NCBI GenBank assembly: GCA_963754835.1
Contig: CAVWHR010000047.1
Span: forward strand, 35,568 to 99,567
Length of the DNA stretch: 64,000 nt
Source: an uncultured Chloroflexia bacterium
GTDB taxonomy: Bacteria > Chloroflexota > Anaerolineae > Anaerolineales > Villigracilaceae
Direction: 5' to 3'
Below the pieces are notes generated by a model. That model was not told the origin of the DNA. It saw only the letters and a program-made list of their open reading frames with translations, and made no database searches. Of the stretch, positions 28,798 through 38,800 are shown piece after piece (position 1 is the stretch's first letter; the number at the start of each line of letters is the position of its first letter). The position numbers and the translations under genes are program-made.

Positions 28798-30219
28798 ATG
28801 AACAAGAAATCTGTGTTATCTTCATTGGCAAGCCTGCTGGTCTTGGCGTCCATGCTGCTTTCTGCCTGTGGGACGCCAGCAACAGCTACTGTCGCCCCTG
28901 CTGCAACACAGGCTCCTGCCGCCACACAGGCTGCTACCGCAGCGCCTGCAACGCACAGCTGCCAACGGCTAGCTCCGGCAGCCGCGGGCCCGAGCTGCGG
29001 GACGGATCCTGTCGTGCTCAACGCCTACTTCGAGACCGGCTTCGACATCCCCTTCAAGCTTGCCGAAGAGTTCACCAAGCAGTTCCCGAACGTGACCTGG
29101 GACATCAAGCAGGACCAGTTCGCGAATCTCATCAACGACGACGCCGCGCCTGCTCGCGGGTGACAACCCGCCCGACCTGCTCCGGCTGCCGACGATGGTC
29201 TCGTTCGCCAAGGATGGGCTGCTCAAGAACCTGGACGGCTACGCGACGGCATTCGGCTGGGACAAGTGGCCGGTGCCACAGCTCAACCAGAACCGGTTCG
29301 CGGCAGACGGCACCCGCGGCTCCGGCACGCTCTATGCCATGGGCCTCAACTACAGCCTGACCGGCGTCTTCTACAACAAGAAGCTGGCCGCGCAGATCGG
29401 CATGACCGAGCCGCCCAAGACGGTCGCCGAGTTCGAGGACCTGCTCGCCAAGGCCAAGGCCGCCGGGCTCCAGCCGATCATGGAGTGGGGCAGCGCCAAG
29501 AGCGGCATGGGGCTCGCCTTCCCGCTCCAGAACCTGATGGCCGCCTATCGGCCCGGTCGGACCGATCAACGACTGGATCTTCCAGAAGAAGGGCGCGACG
29601 ATCGACACGCCGACGAACCTGATCGCCGCCCAGCACCTCGAGCAGTGGATCAAGAACGGCTACTTCCCGCCCGACATCAACGCCATCGAGTACACGGACG
29701 CCGCCGCCCGCTTCGGCAAGGGCGAGGGCGTCTTCACCTTCAACGGCGACTGGCAGAACGCCGGCTACGACACAGGACATGCCCGGCAACGTCGGGTTCT
29801 TCCTGATGCCGCCCGCTGAGGCCGGCGGAGCGCCGGCCGCCATGTCCGCCCCGCTGACCTACGGCATCGCCGCCAAGGCCAAGCACGCGGACTGCGCCGC
29901 GTTCTTCCTCAACTGGGTCGCCACGAACGACGACAGCCCGCCAGATCGACGTCGACCGATCGGTGGCTCGAACCCCGGCGGGCCGGCGGATGCCACGATG
30001 CCTGCCGTTGCTGCCGGCTCGGTCACGAACGAGACGCTTGCCGCCGGACCGGTCGTCGGCAAGGCCGGCAACTCGATGGACTTCATCGCCAACTCGACGA
30101 GCTCGATCTTCGCCCAGGGCTGGACGCCCGAGCTCCAGAAGATGGTCGGCGGCAAGCAGGACGCTGCCGGGCTCCTCAAGGCCGTCCAGGCCGAATACCT
30201 GCGGGAACTGGCTCAGTAG
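28798..30219 (+). pseudogene. ABC sugar transporter substrate-binding lipoprotein (CUT1-like); at least three +1 frame breaks as assembled
   Basis: Lipobox LLSAC. Coding passes through phases 1 (28798..), 2 (29195.., PTMVSFAKDGLLKNLDGYATAFGWDKW), 0 (about 29550-29780, IDTPTNLIAAQHLEQWIKNGYFPPD) and 1 (29779..30219). Confidence 0.75.
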
Positions 30220-30276
30220 TGGTGATGAGCCGCGGGACGATGCCTGCGCCTTCCAAATCAACGGTGACATCTACAA

Positions 30277-31210
30277 GTGACGTCAGACAATCGCCCCGCG
30301 GCTCCCGCGCTCTCCCGGCGGACCTTCCTGCACAGGAAGGTCCGCCGGGAGACCATTATTGGCTGGCTGTTCGTCCTGCCCGCGCTTGCTCATGTACGCG
30401 GTCTTCGTGCTCTTGCCCCTCCTGTTGACCATCCTGTACTCGTTCTTTCACTGGAACGGTGTCGGTCCGATGACCTGGGTCGGGTTGAAGAACTACATGA
30501 CTGTCTTCCAGGTTCCCAACCTGATCGGGACGATCTTCAACGCGTTCTGGCTGGTCGTGTGGTTCAGCTTCATTCCGGTGGGCCTCGGTCTCGTCGTCGC
30601 GAGCGTGATCCACCGCGTGGCGACCGGGCGGTTCGGAGCGATAGCCCGGACCGTTCTGTTCCTGCCCCAGGTCATCCCGCTCGTCGCTGCCGGCATCATC
30701 TGGGGCTGGCTGCTGGCCCTCCCGGGCTTGATCAACCAGATCCTCAAGGCCATCGGCCTCGGCGCGATCACCCGTGCCTGGCTCGGCGACTTCGACTGGG
30801 CACTCCCGGCCGTCGGCATCATCGGAATCTGGGTGCTGCTGGGATTCTGCACCGTCCTGCTGTTGACCGGCATGACGAAGATCGACCCGGCCCTCTATGA
30901 GTCCGCGAGGATCGACGGCGCCGGCTGGTTCAGGGAGTTCCTCGCGATCACCGTCCCGCTTCTCAGACACGAGATCGGCGTGTGCCTGACCGTCACGGTG
31001 ATCGCCGCGCTCGCCGCGTTTGACATCGTCTACGTCTCGACGGCCGGCGGGCCCGGCAACTCGACGGCGGTCCCCGGGATCCAGATCTACATCCTTGCGT
31101 TCACCCAGCGAGCTATCGGCCTGGCGTCTGCTCTGGCCGTCATGCTCATGGTCCTGGTCGTCGTGGTCATCCTCCCGATCCAGCGGCTGAGCCGGGAGAG
31201 CACGCGATGA
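30277..31210 (+). pseudogene. ABC sugar transporter permease 1; one +1 frame break near 30385 as assembled
   Basis: RETIIGWLFVLPAL then, in the shifted frame, LMYAVFVLLPLLLTILYSF. Main fragment 30359..31210 carries the permease core ESARIDGAGWFREFLAITVPLL. Confidence 0.8.
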
Positions 31211-32033
31211 AGGTTGCTCGCGGCGAACTCTGGGCAGGCCGGGCGCTTCTCCTGGCGCTGATGGCGTTCACGATCCTGCCCTTCATCAGCATCTTCATGA
31301 CCGCGCTGCATCCGTCGGGGACTGTGCCCAGCGGGCTCGAATGGCCCGCGCACCCGCAGTGGGGCAACTTCGTGGAGGCGTTCAACGTGGCGAACATGCC
31401 CACGCTCCTCGCTATCGAGCACGTTCATTGTGCTTCGCCGTCGTGCCCGTGTCCCTTGTCATCTCGACGATGGCCGGGTTCGCCATCGGCCTCCTGCGGA
31501 TCCCCGGCGCGCGCGTGCTCCTCTTCCTGTTCGTGTTCGGGCTGACGCTCCCGTTCCCAGGGATCATCATCCCTATCTACTTCCTGGAGCGGGCGATGGG
31601 GATCTACAACACCCGGCTCGCGATCGTGCTGCCGCTGATCGCCTTGTACATGCCCTTTGCCGTCTTCTGGATGCGCGCCCACTTCGTCAACATGCCGACC
31701 GAGATCTCGGAGGCGGCCCGCGTCGATGGCGCGACCACCTGGGACCTGTTCTGGCGCATCCACGTCCCGCTCGCGCGGGCGCCGATCGCGTCGCTCGGGA
31801 TCCTCATGTCCATCTGGACGTGGAACCAGTTTCTCCTTGCGCTGGTGCTCGTCGAGGACCCGACGCAGCGAACGATGGCCGGTGCGCTGGGAGCGTTCCA
31901 GGGCCACTACGCGACCGATATCCCCCTGCTGTGCGCCGGCACGATCCTGATCCTGGTACCCACCCTCGTCATCTTCGTGCTGTTCCAGCGCCAGATCATC
32001 ACGGCGCTGCTCCAAGGCGCGGTCAAGGGATGA
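31207..32033 (+). pseudogene. ABC sugar transporter permease 2; two +1 frame breaks near 31420-31440 as assembled
   Basis: Fragment 31207.. and fragment 31341..32033 (EAARVDGATTWDLFWRIHVPLA). ATGA overlap with permease 1. Confidence 0.8.
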
Positions 32034-32407
32034 GCAGCAGGCCCCGGAGCAGGGATGTGCCGAGTGTCATTATCTTTGTATGTGTGCTAATCAATTCATT
32101 TTTCCATGGGCCTATTTGAAATTCACCAGGGAGGCTTTTGCTTCGATAGGATCAATGGCAAAGTCATGCCGGGGGCACAGACTGGAACATGGCCTATGAG
32201 CGTCGCATCACCTATGAGTTTGCAAAGTATTTGCCCGGGAGCAATGGTGGTGAATTTATCGGCAACAATGCTGGGAACTCCCGCGGTCTTAACCATGGCA
32301 TATACGTCGGGGGATTGTCTGCCATTCCGATCGTGCAAAATAGCTTCGAAATTATCAATTATTAATTTCGGTGACGGTCTTTTCTGGAAAATATCTGGAG
32401 ATAGAAG

Positions 32408-33382
32408 ATGCCATTAACTTTCGATCTGTCAATGGAGGAGTTGAAAGCCTATCAAGGCAAAAATCCGCGCCCGCAGAACTTTGACACATTTTGGGAGAAA
32501 AGCCTGGATGAAATGCGGGCGATCGATGGGCACGTTGAACTAATACCTGCCGAGTTCCAAGCGTCCAATGCCGAGTGCTTTCACCTATATTTCACCGGCG
32601 TGGGAGGGGCGCGAGTGCATGCCAAGCTGCTGCGCCCTGTAGGAGTCCCCGGCCCCCATCCCGCCATCCTGTTGTTCCACGGATATACGGGCGACTCCGG
32701 TGATTGGTATGACAAGCTCGGTTATGTTTCCGAGGGATTTATCGTTGCGGCATTAGATTGCCGCGGGCAGGCAGGATTATCCATTGACAACAGCAATGTC
32801 ACCGGCAATACGCTGCATGGGCATATAATTCGTGGGCTGGAGGATGCTTTGAAGGGTTCGCCGGAAAAAATGCTCTTCCGGCAGGTATTCATTGATACCG
32901 CTCAACTCGCCAGGATCGTCATGGAAATGCCCGACGTGGACGTGAACCGCGTTGGCGCGATGGGAGGCAGCCAGGGAGGCGCCCTGACCATCGCCTGCGC
33001 CGCCCTGGAACCGCGCATCAAGCGCACTGTCCCAGTGTACCCCTTCCTCAGCGATTACAAGCGGGTCTGGGAAATGGACCAGGCAAAAGATGCTTACCTG
33101 GAACTACAGGAGTATTTCCGCCATTCGGATCCCATGCACAGGCTCGAAGAGCAGGTATTCGAGCAACTGGGTTACATTGACATTCAATTCCTGGCTCCCC
33201 GCATCCGGGCAGAAGTGCTGTGGGCGATCGGCTTGATGGATACCGTTTGCCCACCCTCCACCCAATTTGCCGTATTTAACAAAATCGCTTCACCCAAGAC
33301 GATGGCGGTTTATCCGGATTTCGGACATGAACCCCTACCCGGTTTTAATGACAGGGCCTTTCAATTTCTGAAGGGTATTTAG
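32408..33382 (+). CDS. Acetyl xylan esterase / cephalosporin-C deacetylase (CE7 family)
   Basis: 324 aa with FHGYTGDSGDW, ALDCRGQAG, the nucleophile elbow GGSQGG, and C-terminal DTVCPPSTQFA and GHE. Confidence 0.85.
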   Translation: MPLTFDLSMEELKAYQGKNPRPQNFDTFWEKSLDEMRAIDGHVELIPAEFQASNAECFHLYFTGVGGARVHAKLLRPVGVPGPHPAILLFHGYTGDSGDWYDKLGYVSEGFIVAALDCRGQAGLSIDNSNVTGNTLHGHIIRGLEDALKGSPEKMLFRQVFIDTAQLARIVMEMPDVDVNRVGAMGGSQGGALTIACAALEPRIKRTVPVYPFLSDYKRVWEMDQAKDAYLELQEYFRHSDPMHRLEEQVFEQLGYIDIQFLAPRIRAEVLWAIGLMDTVCPPSTQFAVFNKIASPKTMAVYPDFGHEPLPGFNDRAFQFLKGI

Positions 33383-33497
33383 GAAATGACAGCGCCATCA
33401 GGTTTGGCAGCAAACTATACATTAAAGTAAAGATTGTCTCATCCTAAACGCAGCCTGTGCAGGCCGCCGACAACACATTGCCGCAGAGATAAGCACT

Positions 33498-34962
33498 ATG
33501 AAAAACACAGTACAGCTCATTACTTATGCAGATCGTCTGGGTGGGAGCGATATTAAGGCATTACATCGATTGCTAAAGGGACCCCTCGCCGGGCTGTTTG
33601 GCGGCGTTCATCTTCTCCCATTCTATTATCCCATTCACGGCGCGGATGCCGGCTTTGACCCGATCGATCACACCAAGATCGATCCCTGCCTGGGAAGTTG
33701 GGCAGATATCAAAGAACTGGGGCAGGATGTGGATCTGATGGCGGACCTGATCGTCAATCATGTATCCTCCTCCTCCCCTCAATTCCTGGATTATTCCGAA
33801 AAGGGCGACGCATCCATTTACAAAGACATGTTCCTGACAATGGACAGCATCTTCCCAAATGGCGCCACCGAAACCGACCTGTTGACCATCTATCGTCCAC
33901 GACCAGGTTTACCCTTTTCCTATGCCACATTGAATAATCACCAGAAACGCCTGCTTTGGACCACCTTTTCGAAACAGCAGATCGATATCAATGTAATGCA
34001 TCCGCAAGGTAAAGCCTATTTGCAATCTGTGTTGCGAACCTTGCATGATAATGGCATCTCCATGGTGCGACTGGATGCCATAGGATATGCCGTGAAAAAA
34101 CCGGGAACCAGTTGTTTCATGATCCCTGAAACTTTCGCTTTTATAGAGTACCTCACTCAGCAAGCGGCAGCTCTGGAGATCGAAGTACTCGTCGAAATCC
34201 ATTCCCACTTTCGTCAGACAGATCGAAATTGCCCGCCAGGTGGATCGTGTTTATGATTTCGCGTTGCCTCCCCTGGTGTTACATGCCATATTCAACCATA
34301 CCGCACGTTATCTGAAACAATGGCTGGAAATCAGCCCGCGCAATGCCATCACCGTGCTGGACACACACGATGGCATCGGCGTAATCGATATCGGAGCTGA
34401 TAGCTCCGATCCTCAAGATCGTCCCGGCATAATCCCCACAGAAGAACTGGATGCCCTGGTTGAAAAAATCCATACCAACAGCAACGGGCAGAGCCGCCTG
34501 GCCACCGGCGCGGCGGCATCCAATCTCGATCTTTACCAGGTGAACTGTACATTCTACGATGCCCTTGGGCGTAATGACCGTGACTATTTGTTGGCACGTG
34601 CGATCCAATTCTTTGCTCCCGGGGTACCCCAGGTATATTATGTGGGCTTACTGGCGGGCGAGAATGATATGACCTTGCTTAACCAAAGCGGTGTTGGGCG
34701 CGATATCAACCGGCATTTTTACACACCTGACGAGATCGAGCGAGCCATTCAGCGCCCGGTGGTTCAATCGCTATTCGACTTAATTCGCTTTCGTAACCGC
34801 CATCCCGCTTTTAGTGGATCGTTCAGTATGCCAGAGACCCGCGACTCCGGAATTGCCTTGCGCTGGGACAATGGAGACGATTGGGCAATGTTGGAGGTGG
34901 ATTTTGCTTCCAGTTCGTATTCCATTTCCAACAGTTCATGTGAGTCGGTGGGACCTAAGTAG
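33498..34962 (+). pseudogene. Sucrose phosphorylase-like GH13 enzyme; one +1 frame break at about 34215-34225 as assembled
   Basis: QLITYADRLGG..GVHLLPFY..DAGFDPIDHTKIDP..DLIVNHVS..VRLDAIGY..EIHSHFRQ then, in the shifted frame, QIEIARQVDRVYDFALPPL. Fragments 33498..34256 and 34240..34962. Confidence 0.8.
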
Positions 34963-35465
34963 CGGGACCTTGAATTCTTTGTAGATTTCTTCGGTGGGGC
35001 AAAAAAAATTGACGGGCACCTGTTTAATGGAGCTCAACCAATGTAATAACCAACACGTGTACCTATTATCCAGCCGGGGAAATGGTGCGGGTGAACGGGG
35101 CGTTGTCGTATGTGCTGAGGGACAACCTCGGTTCGGCCATGACAAGCGGCTGCCGGTTTTGCGGAATGTGGTCAAGGAATCTTGCGGAGGATAGATGCGC
35201 CTGGTCCTAATCAAGACGATAATTCGGTAAGAGGCGGGCAAAGCAGTCATAAAGTCCTTGGTATCGGGATGCCATAAAAACAGTTACCTGATTTCGAATC
35301 CAAATAATCTTATGCAAGAAGCCATCTTAAACAAAACCAGCCCCTGAGGATCATTTGGGGCTGGTTCGTTATATGAATCTATATCATCTCAGGTATTCTT
35401 GTAATCTTTCATCGGAAATGGTTCGGCCGCCATGTTATTTTTTCCGGTTGCCTTCGGCCACGTCA

Positions 35466-35665
35466 AATAAATGAGCGGAGCGTGGTTCCTGGCATAATTT
35501 GTTGTCTGGAGGCCCCATATTTAGGGAGCATGAGCCTCGCCGTGACTATATGTTGTATTCCCTTGAGATTACCTCGCCAACGCGATATTTGGATGAGCCT
35601 GGGCGGTGGCATTAGTCATAGAAATAGTGTATCACGGGCGAGGCAGGAGGCCAAAGTCGAATCCA
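35466..35665 (-). repeat. Repeat family copy B, conserved core 35546..35640
   Basis: Same core as copies A, C and D. Lies 260 nt upstream of the STAND-propeller operon. Confidence 0.8.
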
Positions 35666-35899
35666 TTAGCAGATTACGTAATCCAATATTTCGGTGTACG
35701 ATAATTATCCTAAGATCAAAGCGTTAAAAGGATAAGTTAAGTCAATATAGGTCGGTATATCTGAATTTAATCATGCAGGATAAATGTTGCTAAAAAAGAT
35801 GACAATTGCTCATTATAAATAGATAAGTTTTTCTTTATGATTATTTAACCAAGATTATAAAGGGGGTTGTCATTGTCATTTACAAATAGCGAGGGTTAA

Positions 35900-38800
35900 T
35901 TGGGCGAAATCATCAATCCATATATTGCAGGGGCGCCTGTCATCGAGGCACGCATGTTCTTTGGCCGCGACGATGTTTTCGATTGGATTGAGAAGAGCAT
36001 TACAGGGCAATACGCTGAACACATCCTCGTCATCCATGGTCAACGCCGGGTAGGCAAGACCTCTGTTCTGAAGCAGCTTGGCAACCGACTCCCATCCAAA
36101 TACATCCCAGTCTTTTTCGACCTGCAGGGACGGACCCACACCACACTCGACCGGTTTTTGTGGTGGCTGGCGCGCGAGATCGTGCGTGAGTTGAAGCAGG
36201 AATGTAATATAGACATGTCCCTCCCGGAAAAGGAAGCCTTCGCCGGGGACGCCGAGTTCTTCGAGAGCCATTTCCTGCCCGACCTAAAGAGCAAGATCGG
36301 CGAACACACTCTACTGCTGACATTCGATGAATTCGATAATCTGGAAGAGAGCGAGATCAAGGAAGCCCTGGGCAGGCCATTAATTGATTACCTACGGCGC
36401 TTGATGGGTATGCAGGGACTGACCTTCATCTTCTCGATAGGTTCCTCGGGCCGAAAGCTGGAAAACATGCAGGGTTCTTATACCGAGTTTTTCAAGACCG
36501 CCCTGTATAAAAAAATCAGTTTTCTGAGCGAAGACCAAACACAAAAATTGGTTACCCGTCCGGTGGAAGGCATCCTGGAGTATGAGCCTGCTGCCGTCGA
36601 ACGCATCTATGCGATTGCCTCCGGCCATCCGTACTTCACCCAGTTAACTTGTCATGAGGTTTTTGCACGCTGCCAGCAAACCGAGCAGAGACGGGTGCAA
36701 AAAGAGGACGTGGAAGCGGTGCTGGATGATGTGGTTGAACGCGGTACGGTCAATCTGAAATTCGTCTGGGACGACGCCACTGACCTGGAAAAATGGACGC
36801 TGGCCGCCCTGGCACAATTGGGGAAAACCGACAGCCGCTCGCTGGCTGAATACCTGCGCAAGCAAAGAGTCCGGTTCAGCGATACCGATCTTAACACCAG
36901 CCTGTTGCACCTTCGGGAGAAGGATGTCCTCACATCCGAAAACCGATTCATCATACAGCTGCTGAAGCGCTGGCTGGAAAAAAACCGACCCATCGAGCAG
37001 GTACGCGAAGAACTGACTGAAGTCAACCCGATCGCCAACCGCTATATTGAAATTGGTTTGGAATTCAGTGAAACGCGGCAATACGATCAGGCGATCGATA
37101 GCTTCCAACGGGCGTTGGAGGTCGATACAGATAACATCCAGGCACAGGTCAACATCGCCGAAGTCTACATGGATCAAAAAGACTTTGAAAGGGCTGTCGT
37201 TGAGTTCGAAAAGGCCCTGGCTTTTGACGATGAAGATGTCTCAGCCCGCTCAGGATTATGTGAAGCCCACCTGGCATTAGGGGACGCGGCCATACGCAGG
37301 AACCGCATCAAGGACGCGATCCTGTCGTATCAACGCGTACTGACAATCAATTCAGAGCACATCGAGGCCCGCCAGCGCATGGCGGAGATGATGCGTCAAC
37401 GGGCCGAGAAAGCGTTGACAGATGGCAGGGACGAAGAGGCATTGTCTGCTTTCTCCGAAGCTCTAAAATATACGCCCGAAGAACCGGTCCTCATCGAGCG
37501 CGTGGAACAAGTCAGGACGGAGAAAAAAGCCAAAGTATTGGCTGCACAATTCGCGCGGTCCGAGAAAGAAGCAAGCTCAAAAAATTGGGATAAAGCCATC
37601 GCTGCGTTGAATGAAGCATTGGAGATCGCCCCCGGCGACGAATCCATCCTGAAAAAAATCGCGGATGTAAAAGAAAGCCAATTAAATGAGCGCTTGAAGA
37701 CAATCCTTGCAAAAGCAGACCAGGCTGAAAAGCTGAGCCGCTGGGACACGGCTGTCGCCGCATTAAGAGAATATCTCTCGCTGAAAGAAGATGATGTAAA
37801 GATCCAGAAGCGCCTGGCGGATTTAATCGAAGCAAAACATTCCACATGGCTGAAAACAATCCTAACCCGGACCGAAGAGGCCGTTGCAGCTCAAAAATGG
37901 GATGATGCATTCGCGGCCTTGAACGAGATACTCTCGATCGAGCCGGAGAATCTTGAAATCCAGAAAAAGATGGAGGAAGTCCGCAAGGCGCAAAAGACCG
38001 CGAAGCTGGGTTCGATTCTCAGACAGGCGGAGCAGGTTGCGCAAGCGGGAAAATGGGACGAGGCGATTGAGGCATTAAACAATGGTATTGCGTTGGCGCC
38101 GGCGGATGAAAGATTGCAAAAGGAACTGACGCAGGTGATGGAGGCAAAGCGGACAGCGCGTCTGAAAGCTGCATTACGCCTGGCTGAAACCGCCGCACAA
38201 TCCAATAAATGGAATGTGGCAATTGATTCGCTGAACGAGATTTTAACGGTTGAGCCAGAGAACCATGAAATACAAAACAAGCTGAAAGAAATACAAAAAA
38301 GACAACGCGAGAACCGGTTGAATGCATTGCGGACGCAGGCTATGTCGATGGAGCGCACCGAGCGATTCGAAGAAGCGCTTTCTGCGTGGCAGGCATATCT
38401 CGCTCTCGAACCAGATGATCGCCAGGCAGCCCAGGTTGAGATCGGATCGGTGAAAAAGGCGCAAGAGCTGGCGTTATCCTACGCCACTGCACAAAACGCG
38501 TTCGCAAAGAAAAATTATGACAAAGCAATTGGCCTACTTAAGGGGATCGTCGTAGAGAACGCTGATTACAAAGAAGCCTCCCATTTGATGGCGGAGGCGG
38601 TCGAACTGCGCCGCACCGCCCGCAAGTGGTGGCAAAGCCGCTGGCTGTGGAGCAGTGTTGGGATCGCGGCTGTCGTTGGATTGGTCTTCATAGCCATACG
38701 ATTTGCCCCACTTCAGATGGCAGTCCCCGGAACGCCGATTGCCATATCCATTGTCGGCACTCAAGTCACTGTCGCGGCCACGGTGCAGCCCACCACTGCT

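Noticed and set aside
29132-32119. Many long ORFs on the opposite strand or in alternative frames within the high-GC patch (e.g. 29132..29653 -, 29740..30270 -, 30356..30970 -, 31425..32015 -, 31430..32119 +), rich in R/P/G/A.
   Set aside because: High GC content suppresses stop codons in all frames. Their translations are low-complexity, and they overlap frames with clear ABC binding-protein and permease similarity.
32034-32407. A 370-nt gap between the permease and the esterase, with ORFs 32106..32417 (+) and 32123..32338 (-). The minus-strand text (AMVKTAGVPSIVADKFTTIAPGQILCKLIGDA) looks protein-like.
   Set aside because: I could not assign it to a family, and there is no start or SD context. 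It is possibly a gene remnant at the edge of the high-GC patch. Not called.
35337-35365. Hairpin CCAGCCCC-(12 nt)-GGGGCTGG about 370 nt downstream of the sucrose phosphorylase gene.
   Set aside because: It is far from any stop codon, has a large loop and no T-run. It could equally belong to the repeat copy B flank.
36030-38528. Series of 60-177-aa antisense ORFs across the NTPase and 52-aa repeat region of the 1584-aa gene (e.g. 36644..37177 -, 37396..37845 -, 37891..38358 -).
   Set aside because: The repetitive, Ala/Glu/Lys/Leu-rich sense coding leaves the antisense frames open by chance. The sense ORF is continuous over 4.7 kb with strong domain signatures.
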